64,000 bases of DNA from Vermamoeba vermiformis. Lineage: Eukaryota. Of this stretch, positions 52,045-64,000 are shown piece by piece (position 1 is the first letter of the stretch; every line of letters starts with the position of its first letter). The translations under genes and the position numbers were made by a program. Where the stretch lies: NCBI GenBank assembly GCA_045837725.1, contig JBEWZL010000239.1, forward strand, positions 248,001 through 312,000, written 5' to 3'. The notes beneath the pieces are model-generated. The model was not told the DNA's origin. It searched no databases and saw nothing but the letters and a program-made list of their open reading frames with translations.

Positions 52045-53780
52045 TTATATTACAGTTACAGGATAATAAAATGAAATTACAACAATCATTGAGGACAGTT
52101 TAACCAATCCTCGAACAGTTTTTCTATCCCATTTTAACAGAATTTTAAAAAAGCCATCATTTTCGGGTCTTCGCGTTGCTGCATAAAGATGAAAGAAATT
52201 GACCCACATAATCTCCCAACATATTACTATATAGCATAGTGCGTTGATAAAAATGACCTTCCACATCGATCCGTCCATAAACTTGTTGAAGATCAATCGC
52301 CAATCAAAAATCATCATGTAAAGTAACAATACTGTCGCTTCGATGATATTAAAATGCTCCCGTTTGACAATTCGCTCTTGCCACTGAATATCTTGCAGTA
52401 TATAAAGGCCCGCTGCGGCTATAATTCCTCCTTTGAACAAACTAAAATGATAGTAATAGTTGAATATAAATAGCGGAAGGATAAAGCAATGAATCGCTGC
52501 ACATATGACTGCTTTGGTGCGTATTCTGTCAATTGCTGTGCGAAACAATACGATGCCAACGAATAATGTTGAAATTATGTGCGTAACTACTGCGATCCAA
52601 GCGCGAGTTGTCCATGAGCTGTAGAGCAAATCGTGGAAGAGGCATGGTATTAGGTAATTGAGGAAAATCAATGGCGAATTCCAGGATGTCGGCAAGAATC
52701 CAGCTATTTAACGGTTAAAAATAAAATTTAAATTTGAATTTCTCGATCTGACGTACCGATTAACGGAAAATCATTACGGTGCTTATACCATAGTAACTCA
52801 GGCAATTCAACTCTATTTGATTGTCTTCTTAGAAAGTTGTTCAAATTGAAAATCAACTCGAACTGATCTTTGTAGCGGGGCTTGATCTCCGGTCTATTTT
52901 TAGCGGTGAATGCCACAAAGAGCGAATAACCCAAACTAAAGTGCAGCTCGGTAAAACTATGAATTCCGATAGCTTTAACAAGATAGTCCTTCGTCCAATC
53001 CCTTCGACAAAAAAAGATCAGGATCTTTTCGCGGCCGCTGCTATTCAGACTTACTCCCTCTCTATGCCAGCGAGCTTAAGACCTTCGATAGTATCTCCAC
53101 TTAATTCTACTAATGTGGCGCCTCGTTGAGCAGCAAACATGTGATCTCGCAATTGATCTCGAAGCGAATTGTTTTTCTAGCCGTATAATGAGATTATACC
53201 TTCTATAGGATGGCTATGTATACTTACATCGCATTCTAACCATTTTACTTCTATTTCAGTCTCGCCAAGAAGTTGGCAAAATTTTTGTCTGCGAACGAAA
53301 TTTCAGGTCGGATTCAAAATCGAGACAGATGTAAGCGATCTTACCTATTACTTGCACGTTGATTAGTTAATACTTCTTTCAATACGTTTTCTTTCGACGC
53401 TTGAAATTTCCAGTACTTGCTAACGGATCGGCAGTGCAAAACTGATTGGCAGTCGAGGAAGGTAAAGACATTCTCGATTATTTCCTACAAAAAAATGGTC
53501 AGATAAAATTTCTATTTCCTAAACAGTTATGATCGAAGGATCTAACGATCGCTGACAAAAAGGACAGGTCTTTTATTAATAGAAAATTCAAAACAATAAT
53601 TCCTAAATAATTATTTCAATTATCAGTTCATACGTTAGGCAAATATTGATCGATATTTGCATTACTAGGCTCACAATAAGCTGTTGCAAATTCTTTCTTT
53701 CCGGATGAGAATAAATAATCAAATGCATACCAACACGCTACGCCGATTAGCACTAAAAAATACAATCCAGTCCAAAACAT
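52045..53780 (-). CDS. Membrane-anchored F-box protein with C-terminal multi-TM domain
   Basis: MFWTGLYFLVLIGVACWYAF (TM) .. IDQYLPN|EIIENVFTFLDCQSVLHCRSVSKYWK (F-box) .. YLVK .. LIPCLFHDLLYSSW, then TM helices, ending SFYYPVTVI*. Confidence 0.75.
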
Positions 53781-54021
53781 ATTAATATTTCATTGATAGT
53801 CGAGCGTATTGCAATAACGTGCTATGGAGAATAAAAATAAATTGGAAAATCTGTTGGTCAACGTCTTCGTTATTTAAATTCCGTATCTAACTTGCACGTT
53901 CCATCAGTAAATTGACTCGCATAACCATATGCCCTTTTTTATTGCGAGTATTAAAATTTAACTTTGTCGCGCCAAAAACCATACTTGCATTTCAAAAATA
54001 CCTTAAGCTGGCCACCACAAC

Positions 54022-54517
54022 ATGTCCAAGAGAAAGTTACCTGCGACAGCAACTGCGCCGAACAAAAAGGCTCGAGGTTAGCCACCGTTTTAATTATATT
54101 TTCCGAATAATTGTTGAATTCTCGATTTCGGCTCTAATAATCAAATTATCAGTAGTCCAGCCAACTATTCAAACGTTCTACGTACAAACTGAAGACAAGG
54201 AAAGCTTAAACAAACCCATACTTACTTTTCCGCATAACTACTTAAATCTGGCTGATCTCTCTCGGCTGGGTGACGGCTGCATGAATGGGGTTGCCCGGAC
54301 CATTCAAGCGACAAAGTTAGTAGCCATTAAAGGACTTTCGCAGGAAGATTATGAAGCAGAGGCGAACGATTGGACAACGGCCAAGGAGAAAATGAAAGAC
54401 GAGATCGATGGCTTGAAGCGAGAAAACGAAGACTTGAAAAAAGAAATCGATGATTTGAAGAAAGAAAATGAAGAATTGAAAACGAAAATTGCCAAACAAC
54501 CGGAGTTCGTCAAGTAG
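54022..54517 (+). CDS. Small protein with bipartite NLS-like N-terminus and C-terminal heptad coiled coil
   Basis: MSKRKLPATATAPNKKAR, one intron, then ..MKDEIDGLKRENEDLKKEIDDLKKENEELKTKI. Confidence 0.65.
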
Positions 54518-54996
54518 TGGAGCCTTTCTCCATGATCTGACGCTGGCATGCCACACCGGACCGAACTCGGCCTAGAAGAAATGTATCATTTAGCCTAATA
54601 TTATTATTACATTGTTATAATCGAGATGTTAAGATTTATAAATAGTTGTTTTTTTGTAAACGATCAGTAGTTCTCCAAATCAGATTCCTACTACTTGGGG
54701 TACAGCCGGCACGTAGCCGTGTTGCCCTAAGGGACATCTGGAGATATTCTGCAAAAAAATCAAGAACACGCCAAGAAAAAGAGCTACGGACATTTTTACT
54801 TTCAAATCCACAACAAAACCCACAACCACACCTCCGCGAACTTCGCATTGTATATATTTTATAGGCTGTGATATACGCCTAAGGAACACGGTCCCATTCA
54901 AGCCCTTTGCAAAGCCCCAAACTTTACCAAGAAGATCAAGTCTTCACGGACCCACGAAGCAAATCCGAACAACCCCATTACCCACTACCCTGCCCA

Positions 54997-56323
54997 ATGG
55001 ACCCTAAACAATTCCAAAAGAAGAACAAGAAGGCCAAGGCCAACCCACTAAATCCAGGGCCTGTACGACTCCCCAACGTAGGAAACTCAGAGAAAGAGTG
55101 CAGAGACACTTTATTGGACAAGTTAATTAAGCTGAAGGAATATGGGGTCATAAAGCACTCAATAAACCCTCATGTAAGCCCAATCCGAAGAAATTCTGAA
55201 TTTTGTGGATTATTTTTTTTAATAATTTATTTTCATGCAGCTCAACGAGTTCGAAGTACTAGAATTTTATGGGGACTCAGTACTATACGAGAGAATTTCC
55301 AGCTTCATTATGCACACGAGACGATTTATGAATCCGCATCTCATGACAACTCTACGAAGTTTCATAGTCCAAAATCGTAACTTGGCGCTTTGCTACGACA
55401 CGCTAGGCATTCAAACACTCCTTACCAACCCACCTGCCGAAATGCCGTTCAAAGAGAAAGCTGACGTTATTGAAGCCGTTATCGGTGAACTAGCAGAAGC
55501 CGCGGATGACGAAGGCACGCAACACGCACAAGCATCGAAAACACTCTCAGAACTATTGACTTATATATGTTACTTGGGCGAGAAGACATATTTTACCAAT
55601 TTGAGCTTGGCAGAAGAACAGAAAAATCAACAAAAGGAACAACAACCGAGCCCGAATCCACTTTTGGTGACCCCACACACAACGACCACGCCAAGCAATA
55701 CACCTGCAAAGGACAGGTCGACGTCGCCAAGAAAGAACTCGTACCCCCCACAAAGCCCCACGAAAAAGACAGGCAATCCAGTGACTGTGGCAACAACGCC
55801 AGTCGTTAACTTGCCGCAACTGAGTAACGTGATGGCAACAACTGAATCGACTTTAGAATCGACCAATTCGAAGAAGAAGACTCCGTTGATGATCAATGGA
55901 CAACCAACTCTCCTATTGACGCGAGGGACGCAACCAGTCGCTGCTCAAACACCTGCACATCCGGTGAGTCTAACGCCGAATCTACTCATACCGACTCAAC
56001 GAAGCGAGAGCCAAGCGGGACCTATGTTTTATACACCTACGTCTCGTTCAGCTCCGTCGTCGTTTGGTCCGGTTGATTCAAGCGTACAATTGACTCACTC
56101 GCCGGTGATCGAGTACCGATCTAACGGTGCTGCCCCAACGGAGCCTTCTTCTTGGAATAAGGACTCTCGTGCTGATAACAACACTACTAGCCAACCCAAT
56201 AACAATAACAAAGGCAATGTGAATCAGAACGAGGGTAGCTCGACTCAAAATCGATTACTTTTGGCTAATCAGACTCAAGTCGGAGGAAGACAGATCTTCG
56301 AATACAGAGAGATTAAAGTGTAA
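54997..56323 (+). CDS. Single-domain ribonuclease III protein with disordered C-terminal tail
   Basis: Intron 55174-55240. RNase III signature FEVLEFYGDSVL, LTxLRS-like MTTLRSFIVQNRNLA, and KADVIEAVIGEL. The remainder is P/T/S/N/Q low complexity. Confidence 0.88.
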
Positions 56324-56492
56324 TTGTATTTGTACTATACACTTAAACTCATTATTGTTGAATAAAAGATCTGATTTCGAGCGAAATTGCTCAAATCCAC
56401 AAAAATTTCTTGTTTTTTTTTTTGGATCTCACCAAAATGTTCATTTTTATTTGCGAACTCATAAGTGACGACAACTCTAGTGAGTAGTTGTA

Positions 56493-59400
56493 ATGGGTAA
56501 CGAGCAAGGCAGACAGCTCAACGATGACGAGCTGAAAGGCCGTCAGATCGGCAAAATGGATTGGGAAATGAAGCGAAAGTTAGCCCGCGGAGTTGATTTT
56601 AATAGTAATAATTATGCAATAATTTATTAAACAATATTCATGTATTAATTTGTGTAAATTAGTGCGTGTTGTCATTAGAGGAGATCGAAGCACGGGCAAA
56701 TCTTGTCTCTTTAATCGACTTCAAGGCAAACCCTTCATAGACGAATATAATCAAACAGCAGCTATACAAATTTCATCCATTCATTGGAACTACAAAGGTA
56801 ATCTTTTCTCGATCTCCAAATTAATATGGTCTTTGTACGCGAATACTATGATATCCTCGTTGTATAATAATTAATTAATTTTTTTATAAAGTTACCGATG
56901 ATATAATTAAAGTAGAAGTGTGGGACGTCGTGGATGTGGGTAAGTGTCCATTTAATTTTAGCAATAAATTAGATTTAACATTAAATCTCATCTTTAAAAT
57001 TGCGACAAACAATATTACCTAATAGCCATATTAATATTTCTACACTTAATAGCTAAGAAAAAGAGATCTGACAATAAGGATGGTTTGAAAACTGCTAACG
57101 AGGAAGAGGCACCTCCAAAAGGTACATTAAAATTACAATATTATTTACATATTAACAGCACCGACAGTCCCAGAGCTTGACATTAAGCCACCTGTTGGAA
57201 AAGTCGGCGAAGGAAGTCACACATTTGGTGAACTGGATGCGCGCACCATAGACGTTTATAAGGTACCTATATACTTAAGTCATATCTCAAATAAGCCTTA
57301 AATTGCCCAAACGCCCAATTATACTCGGTACAAGGCTCGTGTAACAGCCGATAATCAGATCCAATACAAAGTTGAAATTTCCGTCAGATTGAACGTAGTT
57401 TCATCGTGATATTAATACCATATGCATCAATAGGGCACGCATGCAGTTATATTCTTGTTCGATCCTTCTAAAAAATGGACTTGGGAATACATCGAAAAAG
57501 AAGCGCCGAACGTTCCTGAGAACATTCCTATCTGTTTATTAGTAAGCACCTTAATATTATATAAATGTACTTCATATTATTTATATTATCGAATTCGTAC
57601 TGATCGAGATCCACAGGCCAATTTCAAGGATAATTTGGAAAATATTGTTGTTACTGAGAAAGTCGTGCGTGGCTGGTTACAATCGCAGAAGCAGACTGTG
57701 GTGTATTTAGAGGCATCGATGAAGAACTGCTATGGCTTGATTGGTGTCAAGACCTTCCTTAACTTGCCCTTCTTAAAGATGCAGGTAATGTTGCAACAAC
57801 TTGAGTGACGCTTCACGAACGGCAGCATTAAAGCTGTCACAGCCCTTTAAATTGACACGTGTCAAATATGACACTTGATCAAGAATTCATGAAACATGAT
57901 GGTTTTTTTGCGGTACAAACTTAAATCTCGTTTTTTTATCAGAGAGATGGTCTATTGGCAAAGCTGGCGCGAAATCAAGAAGAAATCACTCAAGTCGAAT
58001 CAGAGCTCGAAGTGATCAGCAAAGAACAAAGCTACGACGACTATTTGAAGATGATGGAACAGATCAAATTGAACAAATCAACGTCGAGCACTAGTTTGGC
58101 CTCAGGACAAAACACACCTTTAGCGAAATCTACCGAGAACACTCCACGTGCTGGCGTCGGTTCATCGGACAACACGCCACGTGCTCTTGAAACCCAAAAT
58201 GCCGCCCCACCTCGTGCATTAAGTTCTTCCGGAAAATTGTCCAATTCTCAGCCTGGCGCGAGCAATGCCGGCGCACAATTGAAAAAAGCTGAAAGCGTGC
58301 CTGAGAAGAAAGCCAACAATAACAACGAGAGTAGTGGCCCTGGTGGATTTTTCTCGAAGATTTTTAACAAGGTCAAAGGTGATGATAAGAAGACTGAACA
58401 GCCCAAAGCTCAACCAGCCAAAAGTACGTAATTTAATTGTTAATGCCATGGCAAATCCTTATGTTGACACGTGTCAAATTCTCAGCTTCGAAGCAGCCGT
58501 TGAATGTCACAGAATACGCACCTGGCGATGCTGCAGGACTTGACGCGTGGCTCGGTGATGACACCGACATTCCAACACCGAACAAAAAGTCGCTGGCCTC
58601 CATGCCCATCGATGACGACGATGAAGTCGGTGACGTGCCTTCGCGTCCAATGATTGCTGCAGATGACGACGGACCTGATGAAGACACGCAGACAAAGCTC
58701 TCGTCAGTACCGATGAAGAGCGGCACTGTTGCAGCCGTTCAAGGCCGGTCACAAGCTCAACCAGCCAAGCCTAAGACCGCCACTCCAGTAGCACCCGTGA
58801 ACACTAATGTCCCTGCCCCTGCTGCGAAGAAATCGGCCCCAGTTCAGCCCACGGAAGTTAAGTCGACTCCGAAGACTGCCGCGACTGCTGCGCCTGTCAA
58901 GACAGCAACAACTGCACCGGCCAAAGTTTCATCAGCACCCATCAAGACACCGACCTCGTCAAATCCCTCGTCTAAGCCTCCTTCAGGCACAGTTAGTCCC
59001 TCGAGCCCGAAGAGCCCTAGCAGCCCCGTGACTGCTCCTAAAAATAGCAACAACGCCACAGCTGCCAAGACCACAACAGCTCCACCAAGTACACAGCCTA
59101 AGACGACGACTGCTGCTGCGGCACCAAAGCCAGCGCCGAAGAAAACACCGGTCCTCGATGACTCTGACGATGACATGCCAACATTCAACCCACTCGTGGC
59201 ACGTGATGAAGACGACTCTGATGACGACTTTTACGCGGAAACAACGACCTCGAAGCCTGCACCAAGTCAGCGCGTTACGATCAAGGACGCGGCTGAAGAT
59301 GACGATACTGGCAGCAAATCAGGCTCGCCTTTGGGTGACCTCATGATCGATGACTACTTGCAGCCCCGCGAAGAAGACATTGAATGGGTCAAGAAGTTTG

Positions 59401-59630
59401 AACAAGCTAAGCCTGCATTTGATTACGACGATGATACAGTTGGATCCGGGGGTGGTCAGTACTCTGATGACGATGATTTTGTCTCGACAAGACCTAGAAC
59501 TGAAGATGAATTGGAGCAGTCGTTTTATTCGATCGATTCATCGCCGCAAGTACGAGGTGGCAATACCAATGCGAACAAACAGCAATCGCCGCCTGGCAGA
59601 ACGATGCCCAGTGGATATGAAGCCTTGTAA
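56493..59630 (+). CDS. RABL6: Rab-like protein 6 (RBEL1) homologue
   Basis: KLARGVDFN|MRVVIRGDRSTGKS, IQISSIHWNYK, DDIIKVEVWDVVD, IDVYKGTHAV, EASMKNCYGL, FLNLPFLKMQ. Pro/acidic tail with NPLVARDED, ending GYEAL*. Confidence 0.92.
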
Positions 59631-59885
59631 TTCTGTTTATTTTGTAAATAAGGTAACTTGAACAAATCGAAGAATAATATTCTTTAACACTCCCGAATCT
59701 GGTGGGTGTTCCCGGGTCAAAACCGTGTCGCATAAAATTTTGAGATCTGAATCTGGAACCGAATGTCAGAAATTGATGCAATTGCACCTGAAGTAGCTGT
59801 TTTTCAACTCGATGAGCAACAGAAAGTTCGAACACTCAAAAAAAAATATCCTCTAGTAATGTTGGATGTTGGAATCAGGCCTGTT

Positions 59886-62800
59886 TTACTTGACCTTTCT
59901 TGCGTCAGAATACACTACATTGAAATAATTTTGCATTGTTCCTTCGATTTGATGCTGCAATTTGTCGAGTTTAGCGGTTTTAAGTTGTTGCAGTAGTTGA
60001 TCGACGAGTGTGTACGGCAAGTAAGTCTGATCTGCTTTCTTCGCCTCCAAAACTCCCTTTAATGCGTATTAGCATATACTTAATATGTCGTATGATATTT
60101 AGACCTACCTTAGTATTTTTAAACATGTACATTGCGATGTCCGTTGCTTCTTCCAACAGATCGTGCTTCAAATAAAGTTTCAAAAGCGCAGCTGAATTAT
60201 CAGTAAACAACGGCTGGTCACCATCGATATCCATGTCATTAGCGTCCTTCTTAGGAGCTTGATTTAATCCTTGCTAAAATTTCATAAAGTTAGCAAGAAC
60301 TAAATCCGGATTTCAAGCAGGTTCTAATGACGTACCTTAAATGCAGCTACGAGCCACAAAGGCAACTTAATTCGTGTATCAGTCGACAAGATTCGATCGG
60401 CGACGGCAATATGGTACTTAAACCCTTTCTCGTTCGAGTCGTATTTCTTCAAATACTTTTCCAACAAGATCCAGCACGCCGTGCTCACATTACTGTAGCT
60501 CCATGACAACTCACGAAGCCAATCTTCATTTTCATAATCAATGTCCGTTGCGTTGCTCTATGAGGAAGAAAAAATTAGCTCAACTCTATGCTGCCGATCC
60601 ACTTTGAACTTACCACTTGCAAGCACTTCTTAGTCAAGGTCTCAAAAACACGTTGCAAATCGAGATCAAATGCGTGACCGAGAGCAATAGCCATATCAAA
60701 GAAGCCGTTCTGAGCGAGCATAGTCATCGTGTCTTGCGGGGACATCAAAACACCCGACACGTGCAAGGCCTGTGATCTCTTGCCAAGGGTGATGTTGGCT
60801 TGTGTTAAGAGGTATCGTCGCTCTACTTCGCGCAGATCGATCACTTTGACTTCATTTTGCATGGCACGTGCTGACTCGACGTCCACCATGCCGTACTCGC
60901 GCGGATCCAACGGAGCTTCTTGGCCAAACTTGCGCTTAGGCGATGTAGGATGAGACTATAATAATATAATTAGATATGCTCTCATGGCCTATACCATACT
61001 GCATACCATCTTCTTTTGTTTGATCAAAATCCAAGCAAACTTCGGATCCACCAACTTGAGTGCATTGATGGTAGCCAATAAGCTTCGAGCCTATTCAAAA
61101 TCATTAATATACCTATAGAAAGCAACCAACTTGATTACACCTACTTGTTGTTGCAAGGCACCGACACCTTGAGAATGAGATTCAACGGCAACTCTTTGTG
61201 AGAACTCGTAGATCGCCGAGGCGGCTGCAAAAAGTCACGTTAAAGCACGTGCTTGACACCGCGCTATTTTCACACTTACCTTGTCTGTAGTTGCCCCGCA
61301 AAGTATGGAACGCGTACAAGATGTCGTAGTAATTGGGCAGTTCAGTGACATCAGAGCGTCTAGCCTTGGTCAACAACACATTGTGAACTTGATCCACGAG
61401 ACCAATGTACGGGAAGGTCATCATAGTCTTGAGCTCCTTATTCTCGCACATGACTACGAGGAATCGTCTGAGACAGTCCTCTCGTCTAATGTAACGTTAG
61501 TGTCTTTCTTGTGCGTGAGCTTAGCTCTGACTTTACCTTGATGGATCTGGGTTAGAAATCATAGCCAAGTAAGCTTGATCATAGTGACCGACGCTAAGAC
61601 TGTTCTTGAAGATGTTTGACCACAAATAAGATTGAGTTTGCACGTCATGTGAGCTGTTCAAGGCCTCGTAAGCTGCGTGCACGAGCAGATCTGGCAAGTT
61701 TTGCTTGTCGAGAATCTGCATCTGTAACAGCCAGTACTTTTGAATGTACAAGTCGGCAGTGTTGGTGGCATGCACGTCCGTAGAAACTGTCAAGTTTGTG
61801 TCGACAAGTTGTCGGAGCAGATCCTCTTGTTTGTTGCCTAATATGGAAATGTCAGCAACTATTCTACATCGACCTTATTTAGCATCACGTACTAATAGCC
61901 ACTGCTGATTGATGGAAGCAATCTTGAGCCTTGTCAAATTCTTCGTGACTCAAGTACAGCTCACCCAACAAGTGATTCAAGTAGCCTGATTTGGCATCGA
62001 TCAAACGCACGTACTCCTAATTTCATGAAATTAATATTCGCCGCGGCATGCATTGTAATTATAGTCACGTACTTGGAGTGCGATGAATTGCTTTTTCCTT
62101 AAAAGGAAATAAGGGAAGGAAGTCTTCAGATCTTGTTTAAATTCACCCGTGCATTCGCTATAAAACCTCATTAATAAAAAGTACTATCATAATAATCCCA
62201 GACTTACATCATTTCAACGAATGTCTGCACAAAAGGCTCCGTCAGTTCCCAGAAGTCAAATCGTTTGTCGTTGATGAAATCTTGCACGGCCTTGTGTTTG
62301 GCGAATTGCGTCAAGAGCGGGTATTTCACTGAACGAGAGTAGTACTCGGTCAACGTCGTGAAGCCGTCGGTCTTGCGCGAGAAAGTAATTTTCTTGCGAC
62401 CAGAAATATCAAGGTTCATAATTTGAGAGATGCTAGTCTCGACACTAACAACAGGTCAGTACGGATCCAAGACCGATATGAATTAGTTTGAGCTCAAACT
62501 TACGAAGGAGCTGTGACGACGATATCGGCATGTTGTTTTGAGAGCCATTGAGCCAAGAAGGCTGATTTGAGGCTTGAAATCAATCGCGGCATGACCGAGA
62601 CCGACAAATGTTGCACGGCACTGAAGGTCAGTGAGGGAGCCAACTACAAGCCCGTTAATATCAAGCAGTATTATTAGATACGATTAAAATACACGTACTC
62701 TGTCTCGGCACCGCGCCATTAACAATACAACGAAGAACAAGTCGCGCAATAAGTTGAACTTGTTCTTGACGACTTGGCGGTAAGATCGAGCCAAGAACAC

Positions 62801-64000
62801 CTCCATCATATCGCTGAAGAATAAGTCGCCAAAACTAGCATTAACGGGAGCATCTATCATTGCGTTAGTCCTTGATCAATAAGATATTAAGAGTGCGTAC
62901 CGTTGAGTCGTGAGCTTGTGATCAGATCCAACATTTTGTTCACGGCACGCACGGGGTCTTTAATAGCACGCAATTTCTCGCTGAAAGTAATCATAAATGT
63001 CCTCAGAGCCAATTGCTGTTCTTTAGAGATGCCTTCTTGATCACTACACAAACGATGAGTACGTCGTTAGTACAATACTAAGATCTACGTACCCTGCTCT
63101 GGACAGCAACGCGATCAAGGGCAAAGCTGCTTCAGCCATGTCGACTAAATAATACAAGTCTTCTTCGAACGCAAACAAGGCGCTAGGACCAAGTTGTTGC
63201 GCAACAAAGTGCATGGACGACAAAAGATTCACGACGTCAGCGTTAATTGAAGGCTCGCTAGCGGCAGCAGGGCTACCGAGAGCTTCGAGTACTTGTTCAG
63301 TTGTGTTTGATGCGTACGAGAAGTAAGTTGAAATAGCTTCGACTGAAGAGCACGGTCTCAACACAGACACGCATGACTACGAAGAGAAAAGGTCAATATA
63401 TTATTGCTAAGGAAACAATGGCCAAGAAGGACTTACGCGCTTGACGACCGAGACAAAGCCGCTGTTTGGGTTAACAAATACTCCCAATGGTTGATTCTCA
63501 TCGAGCCAGCATCTAGCGACATTATGAGTACAAACTATCGTGCGTTGATATTGTTAGCTTACCTCAAACAGAACTGCAAGTACCGAGTCCAAATGGAGGC
63601 TTTGAATTGGAACAAGGCCTCGTCAGTCATGTCATCGACTGTCAGCTTTGTAGCGACTTCTTGTTGGACTTCATTGATGACCTCAGTCTTCAAGTTGAAG
63701 ATGTCGCTAGGTTTGTACGTCTGATTTGACTTGGTAAACTGTTCGTAAGCGCGGCACAGAGTGCTGAATGAGAAACGACCGGGCTCGAAGATTTTGTCGA
63801 TGAACACGTCCTAAGCAAAGCTATTAGCTACTATTCAATAATTATATGATATGCACGTACCTCGACGTTAACGAAGACAGCATTATCAAGAACGTCCAAC
63901 TCGTCATTAGGGTCTTCCAATACTGATTGGTTCCACTCGCTCGATTCGTGATCACTGAGCTTTTGTGGCAAGCTAGCGTGTTCAAGGGAGAAGTCTTCTT
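59886..64000 (-). CDS. NUP160: Nuclear pore protein Nup160 (5'-partial)
   Basis: IFEPGRFS, LWSNIFKNSLSVGHYDQAYLAMISNPDPSR|REDCLRRFLVVMCE, LLTKARRSD..NYYDILYAFH..NYRQAAS, LATINALKLVDPKFAWI, KLPLWLV, LLKLYLKHDLLEEA, YLPYTLVDQLL. Confidence 0.9.

Noticed and set aside
54518..54536. TGGAG-CCTTT-CTCCA hairpin just after a stop codon
   Set aside because: Only a 5-bp stem, not the histone stem-loop consensus, and likely chance.
59690..59770. GC-rich stretch with AAAATTTTGAG (Sm-site-like)
   Set aside because: No U1/U2/U4/U5 signature loops. It lies between convergent 3' ends.
1..64000. Transposons, CRISPR arrays, rRNA, U12-type introns
   Set aside because: I saw no transposase/RT motifs, TIR/LTR pairs, spacer arrays, rRNA signatures or RTATCCTT donors.

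Overview
Gene-dense, intron-rich eukaryotic nuclear DNA: standard code, mostly 40-110 nt GT-AG introns, very short intergenic spacers. The gene content suggests a free-living amoebozoan-type protist, but this is inference only. About 24 spliced genes were read manually. Housekeeping genes: HAM1/DUF4449-like protein, EF-hand type II NAD(P)H dehydrogenase, mitochondrial SHMT, cytosolic HSP90, insulysin, FHA-AAA ATPase, NmrA, CRAL-TRIO, RABL6, Nup160. These are interleaved with lineage-specific genes: four F-box genes, a REase-fold+kinase gene, a Cys-repeat surface protein, a Cys-rich 7TM receptor-like protein, a Kelch-GPI protein, a Zn2Cys6 factor and a single-domain RNase III. Two identical tRNA-Glu(UUC) genes lie in a ~200 bp duplicated cassette, and one copy is inside an intron. 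Most notable observations: that tRNA/hairpin/promoter cassette, a recurrent intronic palindrome TTGACACGTGTCAA, a Rnd-like predicted GTPase-deficient Rho, a minimal RNase III, and a polytopic membrane F-box protein with an F-box-less paralogue. Exon boundaries and family assignments come from manual reading and motif recall, not database searches.
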